64,000 bases of DNA from a virus (taxonomy: Duplodnaviria > Caudoviricetes), in the IMG/VR virus record IMGVR_UViG_3300014205_000170, positions 352,001 to 416,000 of that record; one strand, written 5' to 3'. The notes beneath the pieces were generated by a model. That model was given only the letters and a program-made list of their open reading frames with translations, had not been told where the DNA came from and made no database searches. Position 1 is the stretch's first letter. Each line of letters opens with the position of its first letter. Positions 28,798 through 39,113 of the stretch are shown in pieces. Position numbers and translations under genes: made by a program.

Positions 28798-31700
28798 ATG
28801 GGTTTTCAAAAATTACCAACTTCGTTACCAATGGATAAATTGTTTTTAGATGTAAAGCTAGAAGCAATACCTCTATTAGGAACAAATTTGGTTGATTTGA
28901 CTGGAAAGCGAACTTTCACAGTTAGTATGATGAAACAAAATAAAGGTTTTGGCATTATAGATATTAACATTGAAACAAAAGCATCATTACAACCTATTGT
29001 AGATATTACATTTAAAGATTTATATGGTAATACAACATTTGATTCTTTAAACGACTCAAAAGCGACTGGAACTAAAGTGGACTATTCACTATTGTTTGAT
29101 TGGCCACCACCAAAATTCAGATTCACATTTAAAGGTTATCTTGGAAAGCCGGTAACATGGATTATGAATCTTAAAAAAACTCATACAAGATACAATTCTA
29201 GTGATGGTAGTTTTGAAATAAAAGCATCCTTTGTACCAAATCAATGGGGGTTCTTATCTGATATACCATTTTTATATTTGTTAGCTAAAAAAAGATTAAA
29301 AAAAGATTTAGAACAAAAAACAAGCGCAAGTCCTACTGTTGTAACACAAAATAAAATTGAATCTATATTTGATATTATTAAAATTGGTAAAACGATTGAA
29401 ACAAAAACAAAACAAATAACAAAGGAATTCGATAAATTACAAAAACAGCTTTCTGTTTTAAAAGCTAATGCTATTGATGGTTTAATAAATAAAGATTTTG
29501 AGGCCGGAGATGTAATAGATGGGAAAGTATCAGGCAGACAACCGATAAAAGGAATTAAAGGGGTATCCGGACAAAATGATTTAGAAGATTTTAAAACTAT
29601 TACTATTAAATTACCACCAAGTTTAAGTAGAACTGCTGGAGACAACATTAAATTTCAAGAGACTTTAAAATCTCTTAAGTCAAATCCTCAATTAGCACTT
29701 AATGAACACAGAAAAATACTTGCATTAATTGGAAATCCAAATGGAGTTGCTGCGACTATGTTTACATTAGGAAGTGAAGCAGGAGCTAGAGCAGATGAAT
29801 TTCAAAATGATGTTAAAGCTGGTATACAAATTATTGATAACAATTTAAAACTTATAGATGTAGAAACTAAAAGAAGATTATTTGAAACGTCTTCTACTCA
29901 ATTGGGAGCAGTTACTATTTCAGAAGTATTTTCTAGAGTGTCTGCTGATGGTGCTTTTATTTTAGGTTCTATTTTAGATGCTGGTTATACAGGATATTTT
30001 AACCATCCCATAAGGATGCAAAATAAATTACCTAATGGTGATAAATTAATTGGTCGCTTTTTCCCTTTAACTATTGACCAAAATACCGGCGAACAAATTC
30101 CAGCAGTTGATGCAGGAATAAATGACTTAGGTTCTGAAATGGATTTTGTAAGAAAATTCATTGTAGCTATAAGTGAAGGAATTGCCGCAAATCAAACATC
30201 TCAAAATGAAGATGGTTTAGGTTCTCAGGAAAATTTATTAAATGCTCGAATTAGTAATTTAGAGATTATAAATCCTAATCCATACAAAGACAGTAATTCT
30301 CAACAAATTATTGAAAATTTACTTTTAAGGTCAGGTATTGCAGCGTATTTAACTCGTTCTTTTGACCCTAACAAACCTGGAGATTATGATACATCTGTTG
30401 CATCACTACATGCTGACAACGACAGTTCGGAAGAAATAAAACAACTTGCAGATAAAGAATTAAAAAATATTTCTGATTCAATTATATCTTCATTATCAAC
30501 GGAAGATTATAGTGACTTAAAAAACTTCTGTAGATTTATTAATAATTTCTTAGATGTAGACGGCGTTGATTTTCTAAAAGATGGTGAAGAAGAAGATATT
30601 CCATTAACTGCTGCCGAAGTAAAACAATTTGAGGTTCGTGTAAAAAAATCAGACCCTATAAACGGCGATACGTTTGAATCTTTAGGAACAGTAGATAATG
30701 TTTTTAGAAGATTTGTAGGACCAACTTCAATATTTTTTGAAGGACAACCTAAAGGAATTACTGATAGTATAAATTATGATAACTTTTTAGGTGGTTACAT
30801 ATATAATAATAACACATTGTGGATGTTGCCTCAAAATGTATCTAATAAATATAGTTTTGTTGTGTTTAACAATTCTACTAACAGGTCAGCAATAGATTCT
30901 GTTTTTAATAATGATTCTGATTCTGAATTTAACGATAAAGACAGTAAAGAATCTGATGAGCCATTGGGAATAGTAAAATTAACTAATGCTAGTACAGATG
31001 AAAATAAGAATCCAGATGAAATAGTTCGTTTAGAAACTATTAATAAATATATAGACGATAGAACAGTTTTTGATTATTCAAGATTACAAAATCTAAATGA
31101 AATTTCATTAATAAATGACAATTCTATTTTTTATCCTAATACCGATTTGTTAAATGGAGGAAAGGGTGTTTTAATAAAAGACAAATATACTGAAGATACT
31201 ATTGGAAACGGTATTACCTATTTGGTATATTCACATGTAACAAAATCAACAGATTTTAATCCACAATTAGCTTGGGGTCTATTTAAAAAAGATGTGGTAA
31301 CAGATAGAAGAGGCACAAATCAAAGAATATTCTTAAGACGAATTTGTATTGATTTAGAAAATAGAATGAACAAGATAGAGGATGAAAAAAATAATGTTTT
31401 AAGTCAAGTATTAGGAAAAGCACAATCATCTGAGAATTCTTTATACATTCAAATGCATCATATTTTTCACCAATGGGGTGTGTTGGGAAATGTAAGTGTA
31501 CAATCAAGTAACAATTCAGACGGTTCAGGGAAAATATCCGAACAACAAATTGCTACGCCAGGAAAAATGGCATTAAAATTAGAAAATGATTATGGTAGTA
31601 TTGTAGAGATAAATGCATCTGGACAAATTATTGAACAAAGCAATGTAAATGATATTGATACAATTTCAAATCCTGGTGGTACAGTTGTTTCTATGGGGTT

Positions 31701-33300
31701 TCGTTATGATTTTCCAACAGAAAGAATAATGAGTCCTCCATTACCTCCATCACAAAGAACAAATGTAGCACATTCAATTATAAATATCGAACCTCTATAT
31801 AAACCAAATGCAAATACAACATTGCTGAATATTATTCAACAATTATGTACTAAAAATAATTTTATGTTTGTTCCTATTCCTGGGAACCGAGATTATACAA
31901 ATATAAATAACATTTTTACCCCATCTGATACTAATTTACTTCCACCAAATGTTGGAAACGTTTTTCATGTTTTATTTACTCCAACACCTGAGAGTAGAAC
32001 CAAACAAAATGATGGTACACCATTAAATTTAGAAGCTAAACAAAAAATTGATTTTGACGCATTTGAAATTGATTTTGGTTCACCAACTAATCCGGTTGTT
32101 AAAAATTTAGATGTTTCTACTGATGAATCACGTCCCACTGCAGAAAGTATTTTAAATTTACAAAGATTGGTTGATAAAGATAATTCTAATAAAGCAGTAA
32201 CTACTGATTGTAGTATTTTATCAGTTATGGAAGGAAGAAGCTACAAAATGAAAGTGGAGCTTTTAGGAAATGCACAAATTTCCCCTATGCAATATTTCTA
32301 CGTAGCTAGAATGCCTATATTTTCTGGTTTATATCAAGTTATGAATGTTACACATTCTATTAAACCAAATGATATGTCTACAACAGTAGAAGGCATTAAA
32401 ATGAGATTTGACGGCTCATCAATGAAAGGAATTGGTCCAATTACTCTAGAGTCTTTAAAAGCTTTAGGAACAACTTCAAATACTGTACAACCAGGAGTTG
32501 GAGTTACGTCTCCAAATATTGTTTTACCTACAAATATATTTGGTGCACAACCTGCAAATAATTTACCAGCATCATCAAATGATGAATTGGATTTAATACC
32601 TGGAACTTATAGAAATAACAATAAAGTTCCTATTTCATTAGCCAGAATTAACAACAGTGCTGTTGAAATCAATACAGCAGTTGCTTATTTAGAAATGAAA
32701 AAAGCTTTTGATGCTGACAATAAAGGAACAAACTTAGTATTAACATTAGCTAGTGGATACCGCCCTCCTTATGATACTATTGATACAGTATCTTCTAAAG
32801 GATTTAGAGTACGCGCAAGCAGTCAATATAGCTTACGAGCACAATTTTTAAGAGAGGGGTTAAATGTTGGTACAGCAGAAGCTCCAGAAGTAATAATTCA
32901 AACAGGTGCAAATAAAGGCACACAAGTAGGAGTGGATAGTCCTTTGTTGGTTCCTCAACTTACATATTTTACTACATTAGTAGCACCACCAGCCACTTCA
33001 AGTCATGGTAATGGAATTGCTTTAGATATACAAACCGGTACACGTATAAAAGATGCACATCATATTCATGATTTAAATGAAGAAGTATATTCTTGGTTAG
33101 TAAAAAATAGCTGGAAATACGGCTTTGTACGAACTGTGGCTAAAGAAGTATGGCATTATGAATACAATATAGCATGGGCAAAACTAGGACCATATGGAGG
33201 CTTTATTGGGAACAATTTAGCGAATGTAAGTACTCCTGCTGCTAGAGATAAAGCATTGTTTTATGAAGATTTAGGCTTAAACAATTTAGTGATTTCATAA
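28798..33300 (+). CDS. baseplate hub protein with C-terminal M15 (VanY-like) cell-wall peptidase
   Basis: Hub motifs (FTFKGYLG, ELLGNAQISPMQYF...FSGLYQVMNVTHSI); peptidase SGYR, SSHGNGIALD, KYGF, EVWHYEY. Confidence 0.85.
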   Translation: MGFQKLPTSLPMDKLFLDVKLEAIPLLGTNLVDLTGKRTFTVSMMKQNKGFGIIDINIETKASLQPIVDITFKDLYGNTTFDSLNDSKATGTKVDYSLLFDWPPPKFRFTFKGYLGKPVTWIMNLKKTHTRYNSSDGSFEIKASFVPNQWGFLSDIPFLYLLAKKRLKKDLEQKTSASPTVVTQNKIESIFDIIKIGKTIETKTKQITKEFDKLQKQLSVLKANAIDGLINKDFEAGDVIDGKVSGRQPIKGIKGVSGQNDLEDFKTITIKLPPSLSRTAGDNIKFQETLKSLKSNPQLALNEHRKILALIGNPNGVAATMFTLGSEAGARADEFQNDVKAGIQIIDNNLKLIDVETKRRLFETSSTQLGAVTISEVFSRVSADGAFILGSILDAGYTGYFNHPIRMQNKLPNGDKLIGRFFPLTIDQNTGEQIPAVDAGINDLGSEMDFVRKFIVAISEGIAANQTSQNEDGLGSQENLLNARISNLEIINPNPYKDSNSQQIIENLLLRSGIAAYLTRSFDPNKPGDYDTSVASLHADNDSSEEIKQLADKELKNISDSIISSLSTEDYSDLKNFCRFINNFLDVDGVDFLKDGEEEDIPLTAAEVKQFEVRVKKSDPINGDTFESLGTVDNVFRRFVGPTSIFFEGQPKGITDSINYDNFLGGYIYNNNTLWMLPQNVSNKYSFVVFNNSTNRSAIDSVFNNDSDSEFNDKDSKESDEPLGIVKLTNASTDENKNPDEIVRLETINKYIDDRTVFDYSRLQNLNEISLINDNSIFYPNTDLLNGGKGVLIKDKYTEDTIGNGITYLVYSHVTKSTDFNPQLAWGLFKKDVVTDRRGTNQRIFLRRICIDLENRMNKIEDEKNNVLSQVLGKAQSSENSLYIQMHHIFHQWGVLGNVSVQSSNNSDGSGKISEQQIATPGKMALKLENDYGSIVEINASGQIIEQSNVNDIDTISNPGGTVVSMGFRYDFPTERIMSPPLPPSQRTNVAHSIINIEPLYKPNANTTLLNIIQQLCTKNNFMFVPIPGNRDYTNINNIFTPSDTNLLPPNVGNVFHVLFTPTPESRTKQNDGTPLNLEAKQKIDFDAFEIDFGSPTNPVVKNLDVSTDESRPTAESILNLQRLVDKDNSNKAVTTDCSILSVMEGRSYKMKVELLGNAQISPMQYFYVARMPIFSGLYQVMNVTHSIKPNDMSTTVEGIKMRFDGSSMKGIGPITLESLKALGTTSNTVQPGVGVTSPNIVLPTNIFGAQPANNLPASSNDELDLIPGTYRNNNKVPISLARINNSAVEINTAVAYLEMKKAFDADNKGTNLVLTLASGYRPPYDTIDTVSSKGFRVRASSQYSLRAQFLREGLNVGTAEAPEVIIQTGANKGTQVGVDSPLLVPQLTYFTTLVAPPATSSHGNGIALDIQTGTRIKDAHHIHDLNEEVYSWLVKNSWKYGFVRTVAKEVWHYEYNIAWAKLGPYGGFIGNNLANVSTPAARDKALFYEDLGLNNLVIS

Positions 33301-33322
33301 TTTTTTTATTTATATTTGCTTT

Positions 33323-34972
33323 GTGTTAAACAAAGAAATTAAAATTTGCAAAATTCTTACATTCTCAGAAGAGGATTTTTTAACATTCAATTTAGAATTT
33401 AACTCATCTGGAGTTGAAGTTATTTTATCTGATACAAAAGATAAAATAGAATTTAATTATCCCACGATTATAGTTGGATGGGAAAATGTAAAAAAAATAC
33501 TCCCAAAACAAAGAATATCACAAAAGAAAATTGATACTAACGTATATTGGGTTTACAATAGTAAAGAAGATAAAAAAACTTCTCTAAAAGAAACCGCATC
33601 TCTCGTTAAATCTTTCTTGTTACGTTGGTTACCAGATATGTATGTTTCATATGATTACGTTTTAGATGGAAGTCTATCAGATTTCTTTAAAAAACATTTG
33701 ACAAAACCTTATGATTTATATATATATTTTTCAGGTAAAGCTTTATTTGTTTATAATCCAGTTGATGCAAAAAAACTTATTGGAATAAATCTTGAAAGTC
33801 TAAAATATGCTGGATTAGACATAAAAAAATCCATAAAAACTATTATAGAAAAATACAATCCAATATGTTTGAGTTATTCAAATATAAACTTATATATATC
33901 TGAAAATCATAATTTAATTTTCAATACTATTGAAAATATTTTCTGGTCAAAACATAATGAAGAAATATCAGAAAAAAACTTTTATGATTTTATTATGGAT
34001 GTTGATGGGGATAGATTTATTCCGTTTTTAATGTTTGAATTAAAGAAAAATCAAATCATATCAGAGAATGAAAAAAAATATATTGATAGATTAATAAGAA
34101 AAGATGTTATTACTCAATGGTTATCTAAATGTGAATTGTTTTTGGATAAAAAATATTTTACAGATAAGACCAACCTAAAAGAACATATCAAATTAAGTTA
34201 TTCAAACAAAAGGACTATTACTGGCAGAATAAATTGTGTAAACAATGAATTTAATCCACAAAAATTACAAAAAGAAGGTGATGAAAGAAAAATCATTATT
34301 TCTAAATTTAAACAAGGGAAAATTGTAACTTTTGACTACAATTCTTTTGAAAGTAAAATAGCTCTTTTTTTATCTCAAGATAAAGATTTTATCGCAAAAT
34401 ACAGAGATAAAGATTTGCATTTTGAAACTGCTAGAATAGTTTTTGAAAAAAATGAAATCAATTCTAAACAGAGGTCAATTGGTAAGTCATTAAATCATGC
34501 CTTAATATATGGTGGTGGTAATGAAGTTTTAAAAAGAATAGTTTCAGACCTAACAGATTCAGAAAAGATTATTGTTAAGGTAAAAGAATTTTTAAAACCA
34601 ATTTTAGATAAGTCAGATGAATTTAAATTGCCTTTTGAAGAATTGGGTTATATGATAAACAGTTTTGGAACTATTGTGAGACCAAGAAAAAAATGGGCAC
34701 ATTTTAGTAATTTCGTTTCCACATTGGCAGCAGATATTTTAGTAGAAAAACTTTATCAAATAAAAGATTTGCTTGAAAATAAAGAATCTAATTTTTTATT
34801 TCAAGTACATGATTCTTTTGTGTTTGATATTCATCCAGACGAAATGAATTTATTAAATGATATAACAACTCTTTTATCACATATGGGAGATTTAAATTTC
34901 CAAGTTGACTATTCTATTGGAAATAATTTTTATGAGTGTACTTGGGCAGAAGAGGAAAATGTAATTTCTTAA
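33323..34972 (+). CDS. atypical family A DNA polymerase (thumb apparently deleted)
   Basis: TITGR, motif A FDYNSFE, motif B RSIGKSLNHALIYG, motif C QVHDSF; TATATTTG at 33311. Confidence 0.8.
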   Translation: MLNKEIKICKILTFSEEDFLTFNLEFNSSGVEVILSDTKDKIEFNYPTIIVGWENVKKILPKQRISQKKIDTNVYWVYNSKEDKKTSLKETASLVKSFLLRWLPDMYVSYDYVLDGSLSDFFKKHLTKPYDLYIYFSGKALFVYNPVDAKKLIGINLESLKYAGLDIKKSIKTIIEKYNPICLSYSNINLYISENHNLIFNTIENIFWSKHNEEISEKNFYDFIMDVDGDRFIPFLMFELKKNQIISENEKKYIDRLIRKDVITQWLSKCELFLDKKYFTDKTNLKEHIKLSYSNKRTITGRINCVNNEFNPQKLQKEGDERKIIISKFKQGKIVTFDYNSFESKIALFLSQDKDFIAKYRDKDLHFETARIVFEKNEINSKQRSIGKSLNHALIYGGGNEVLKRIVSDLTDSEKIIVKVKEFLKPILDKSDEFKLPFEELGYMINSFGTIVRPRKKWAHFSNFVSTLAADILVEKLYQIKDLLENKESNFLFQVHDSFVFDIHPDEMNLLNDITTLLSHMGDLNFQVDYSIGNNFYECTWAEEENVIS

Positions 34973-34973
34973 A

Positions 34974-35450
34974 TTATTGTAATATAATATTGGGTTTTAT
35001 TGTAATGGTTTCATTAACCATTTTTTTATTACCATTTCTCCAGATAGTTGAGTCAATCAAGGCACATTCTTTTAATAACCAAGATTTTATCACTTTTCCA
35101 TCATCGTCTAATTTCATTAAATGAAAATTCTTTAAATTGCTAAAATGGCTACTTGAAAACAGTTGTTGGTACACCCAATCAATAATTGGTTCATTGGAAA
35201 CTTGAGAAATTTTATAATCTATCTTTTCAACCATCACATTTCTGTTTAACACAATACTTTCATTGTTATTATCTGAATTAAACATGAGTTGAATCATGTT
35301 GGTTTCATAATCAATATGTACGTTAGTTGTTAAAAATTTATATTGAGGCTTCTTTCTTACGTATTCTGGCTCTGAAGATAATAAGGTAATTTCCCAAAAA
35401 AATTGACGATAAATATCATTTAATTGAAGAAGGTAAGTCATGCCGGTCAA
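34974..35450 (-). CDS. degenerate tail-tube-like paralog
   Basis: IIDWV...KNFHLMKLDDDGKVIKSWLLKECA. Confidence 0.5.
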   Translation of the reverse strand: MTGMTYLLQLNDIYRQFFWEITLLSSEPEYVRKKPQYKFLTTNVHIDYETNMIQLMFNSDNNNESIVLNRNVMVEKIDYKISQVSNEPIIDWVYQQLFSSSHFSNLKNFHLMKLDDDGKVIKSWLLKECALIDSTIWRNGNKKMVNETITIKPNIILQ

Positions 35451-35603
35451 ATCCTGTTACTTATAAATAAAGCCATATTTTATATTTACTGTCATTTAGG
35501 ATAATATTATTCAAAAAACTTGCTTTTTAGGTCTTTACTCTTTTTATTTGTTGAAAATGGCCAATATCATATTGGTTTTATAATTAAATGAAGAAAAAAT
35601 ACA

Positions 35604-35945
35604 ATGGGAAAAATTGAAATGATTATTAAGAAGAAATTCGGTAAAAACAGCTACACATTTGTAGTATCTGGACCTTCTTTTCATGAAACAGTGTTAGAAT
35701 CATCAAAATTATCTTTTGGTGACCTTGATAGCTGTGGTGTTTGTCAGAACGATGACTTGCACTTACAGGCGCACACAACGAAGGAAGACGGTTATGAATA
35801 TGCATACGTAAGATGCAGAAAATGTCGTGCAACACTTAATTTCGGTAAACAAAAGAAAGATACTGATGTTGTTTATTTTACCACTAAAGAAGAGAATAGT
35901 AAAAAAGTTCTTGATTGGAAAAAATTTGATAAAGTAGACGAATAA
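35604..35945 (+). CDS. small zinc-binding protein
   Basis: CGVC and CRKC motifs; directly upstream of recA. Confidence 0.7.
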   Translation: MGKIEMIIKKKFGKNSYTFVVSGPSFHETVLESSKLSFGDLDSCGVCQNDDLHLQAHTTKEDGYEYAYVRCRKCRATLNFGKQKKDTDVVYFTTKEENSKKVLDWKKFDKVDE

Positions 35946-35970
35946 TTATTAATATAAAAAGGAGCAAAAA

Positions 35971-37086
35971 ATGGCAAAGAAAAAAAATGATGAAGAAACT
36001 ACGCAGTTAAGTCAAACTGAGCTTGAGGCAAAATTTTCAGGAGAAAATATTGAATCAAGTGAAAAAGAAAATCCAAAAAAGATTAAGATAAAATCCAAAA
36101 GTAATTTTTCTTTAAACGACTATAAAAAAAGAGTTCAAAGCAACACTGTATCTTTTAAACCACAATCTTGGATTAAAATGAGTGAAGCATTTCAGGAATT
36201 AACCGGATTGCCAGGTATTCCAGAAGGACACGTTGTTATGACTACTGGCAAATCAGATACTGGTAAAACCACCTTACTTATAGAAGCAGCTCTATATGCA
36301 CAAAAGCAAGGAATATTGCCAGTGTTTATAATAACAGAAAAAAAATGGAGTTGGGATAGAATTGTTGAAGCTGGATTTGATAAGGAAAATTGTTTGTATA
36401 GAGATGATATTGATACGATTGAAGAAGGGTGTGATTTCATGCAAACAGTTATCAGAGACCAAGAAGAAGGTAGGTTACCACAAGACCTTATATTTTTATG
36501 GGATTCTATTGGTGCCACACCTAGTAAGGCAGAGTTTAGAGCATCAGAAGCTGACTTGGAAGCTATGATGAAAGCAGTAGAAGATGGTAAAGAAATAAAA
36601 GAAGCTAAAGGTGGCGGGATGATGGTTACGGCCAGAGTTTTACGCGAAAGAATTACTCGTAATTTAAGTCATAAAATTTCTGCAACCAGAAAAGAATCTT
36701 CTCCTTATAATTCTACTTTTGTAATTGTAAATCATGCGTATCAATCGCCTCCAGCATTTCCAGGTGGTGTAACAACACTAGTTCCTTATGGAGGTGATGC
36801 AATCTATTTGGCAGCAACCTTAGTGTTTAGAATGGGTGGAGTAACATCTAATTCTTCTAAAGTGAAAGCAGTGAAAGCTGGACAAGAGATTTCATTTGCA
36901 ATAAAATCATCATTTACTATTTTAAAGAACCATATTTCAGATGCTTCTTCCGATGGAAAAGTTATTTGTACACCTCATGGTTTCATTAAAGATGATAAAA
37001 AAGCCATTGATCAATATAAAGAAAAATATAAATCTGGTTGGATGTTAGAATATGACAAACACTGGAATAATGTTTCATTAGATTAA
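35971..37086 (+). CDS. recA: RecA/UvsX-like recombinase
   Basis: GIPEG, Walker A GKSDTGKTT, Walker B FLWDSIG, PYGG, ILKNH. Confidence 0.9.
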   Translation: MAKKKNDEETTQLSQTELEAKFSGENIESSEKENPKKIKIKSKSNFSLNDYKKRVQSNTVSFKPQSWIKMSEAFQELTGLPGIPEGHVVMTTGKSDTGKTTLLIEAALYAQKQGILPVFIITEKKWSWDRIVEAGFDKENCLYRDDIDTIEEGCDFMQTVIRDQEEGRLPQDLIFLWDSIGATPSKAEFRASEADLEAMMKAVEDGKEIKEAKGGGMMVTARVLRERITRNLSHKISATRKESSPYNSTFVIVNHAYQSPPAFPGGVTTLVPYGGDAIYLAATLVFRMGGVTSNSSKVKAVKAGQEISFAIKSSFTILKNHISDASSDGKVICTPHGFIKDDKKAIDQYKEKYKSGWMLEYDKHWNNVSLD

Positions 37087-37145
37087 TTAATTTTATAAAA
37101 TTCTGGATATTGATAAAATATCCAGAATTTCTTTATTTAAAATAC

Positions 37146-37559
37146 ATGGATAACAATAAGTTTAATTTGGAAACAAATGTTTATTTCGCATTAGGCCAAG
37201 CTTCTATGTGTTGGTCAGAAATTCCAAATGGAATTTTTCAATCAGAACGATGCAATAAAGTAGCAGAGGAACTTGTTGAAAGTATTGAAAATGATGTTGC
37301 ATCTGCAACGAAAATTTTAATGAAAAATTTACACCGTGACCCAAGTTTATATTGTGGTTATCAAGCTAATATCGCTGTTCAATTTCAAGATGAATGTCGC
37401 AGACAAAACATGGGTATTGAAAATAATTTATTACATCAAATTTCTAATAATGCAGCTAGAAATTTTTTAGATTTACTTATAAATTTATGCGAAACCAAAA
37501 ATGAAAATGCTCAAAGTAGAGAAATTTTATTTGAAAAAATGATTATAACAAGACTATGA
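37146..37559 (+). CDS. hypothetical phage protein
   Basis: ALGQASMCW...GIFQS motif; ATG at 37146 preferred. Confidence 0.7.
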   Translation: MDNNKFNLETNVYFALGQASMCWSEIPNGIFQSERCNKVAEELVESIENDVASATKILMKNLHRDPSLYCGYQANIAVQFQDECRRQNMGIENNLLHQISNNAARNFLDLLINLCETKNENAQSREILFEKMIITRL

Positions 37560-38584
37560 AAACTTTAATAGTTGATGGTGACTGGAATCTAAAAAGAAAT
37601 TTTATGAAACGTGAACAAATGTTTGCTAAAGGCGAACATTGTGGTGGTTCATTTGGTTTTCTAGAAAGTTTGCGTTCTGTTATAAATAAGGTAATGCCGG
37701 ATAGAACTATTGTCATGTGGGATGGACCAATGGGTGGAAAAATGAGATATGAAATTTACTCTCATTACAAAGAGAATAGAGATAAAAGCTGGGATGAAGA
37801 TTCTTATTTTTTATCAGAGTCTGAATTAGACCATGAATCAAAAAAGAAATATAGTAGATTATTACAAAAAATAAAAGTAAAAAATTATCTTGAAGAATTA
37901 CATATTCGACAAGTCGAGGTTGATACAATTGAAGCTGATGACTTAATAGCTCAATATGTTTTGAAAAAAAAAGCAGATGAAACCATAATAATTTTTAGTT
38001 CTGATAAAGACTATTATCAATTAATTTCAGAATCTGTTTCTGTTTTAAGACCTTCGGATGATTTATTAATAAATTATTCAAATTTTAAAACAACATTTGG
38101 ATATATTCCTGAAAATGCTTTAATTTTAAGATGTTTTGAAGGGGATGATTCAGATAATATTCCTGGCGTTGATGGTGTCGCTATGAAGTCAATCATAAAA
38201 TATTTTCCAAGATTTTGCGATGAAGTTTATGATGTAGATAGATTTATTAAGGAAGGCGTAGAATTGTATCAAAATAAAAAAATAAAAATTTTCGAAAAAA
38301 TCATTGGTTGTCGAAGAATTGTGGAAAGAAATTATATTTTAATGGATTTGCACAATCCTTTTCTTAATGATAAAGCAATAGAAGAGATACAAGAAATAGG
38401 CGAATGTATCATTGTAGAAGATAATAATTTTACACAAAGAAGTATAACCACTGCAATGAAAATGATGATTAAAGATGGATACGATAAGCTTGTTTGGCAA
38501 GAAAATATGGAATTCTTTTTCAGACCATTTTATAGACTAGTTGCAAAAGAAACAGAATATTCTAAAAAAATGTTAGGAAGTTAA
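37556..38584 (+). CDS. 5'-3' exonuclease/flap endonuclease (T4 RNase H, Pol I N-terminal type)
   Basis: LIVDG, WDG, YKENR, EADDLIA, SSDKDYYQL, GDDSDNIPGVDG. Confidence 0.93.
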   Translation: MKTLIVDGDWNLKRNFMKREQMFAKGEHCGGSFGFLESLRSVINKVMPDRTIVMWDGPMGGKMRYEIYSHYKENRDKSWDEDSYFLSESELDHESKKKYSRLLQKIKVKNYLEELHIRQVEVDTIEADDLIAQYVLKKKADETIIIFSSDKDYYQLISESVSVLRPSDDLLINYSNFKTTFGYIPENALILRCFEGDDSDNIPGVDGVAMKSIIKYFPRFCDEVYDVDRFIKEGVELYQNKKIKIFEKIIGCRRIVERNYILMDLHNPFLNDKAIEEIQEIGECIIVEDNNFTQRSITTAMKMMIKDGYDKLVWQENMEFFFRPFYRLVAKETEYSKKMLGS

Positions 38585-38596
38585 AAAAAAGATGTC

Positions 38597-38884
38597 ATGG
38601 ATAAAAAAGACAAAGAATTAATTGAAAAACTAAAAGATGCTGGTAAAATTGCTAATTTCTTTTCCTTAAAATTAGAATATAACGGAAAAGTTTTAGTGGC
38701 AAAAAAAGATTTCCCAGCTGATAAATATTCCCCAGAATCTATTGAAAAAAGTAGTTTACATTTTTTAATGGTTGATTGTGTAAGAAAAATTCAAGAAGAA
38801 TTAAGAAAGAATGAAAAAGAAGTGGTAGACAAACTTAAGCAAGAGCAGATTGATAAAATGTGGAATGAAAATAAAAAAGAATAA
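38597..38884 (+). CDS. hypothetical protein
   Basis: 95 aa ORF in the replication cluster. Confidence 0.7.
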   Translation: MDKKDKELIEKLKDAGKIANFFSLKLEYNGKVLVAKKDFPADKYSPESIEKSSLHFLMVDCVRKIQEELRKNEKEVVDKLKQEQIDKMWNENKKE

Positions 38885-39113
38885 TCTTTAAACTTCTAAG
38901 TGATTTTTGATAATCACACCTATCCACATGTGAGCAAATTTAGTTATCGAAAATATATTAAAATATATTTTTATTTCATATAAAACTAGATATATTTGTA
39001 CACTAAGATAAACTATCTTGTATAAAATTTATGATTGAGCAAACACATAAATTTTATTGATTGAAACGCCGGGAAAATATGATATTCTATTTATATCATA
39101 AGAAATATTAAAT

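Noticed and set aside
33323-34972. Calling the PolA-like protein a T7-type RNA polymerase
   Set aside because: Despite HDSF, motif A keeps the DNA-polymerase DYxxxE steric gate and the protein is much shorter; kept only as an open question
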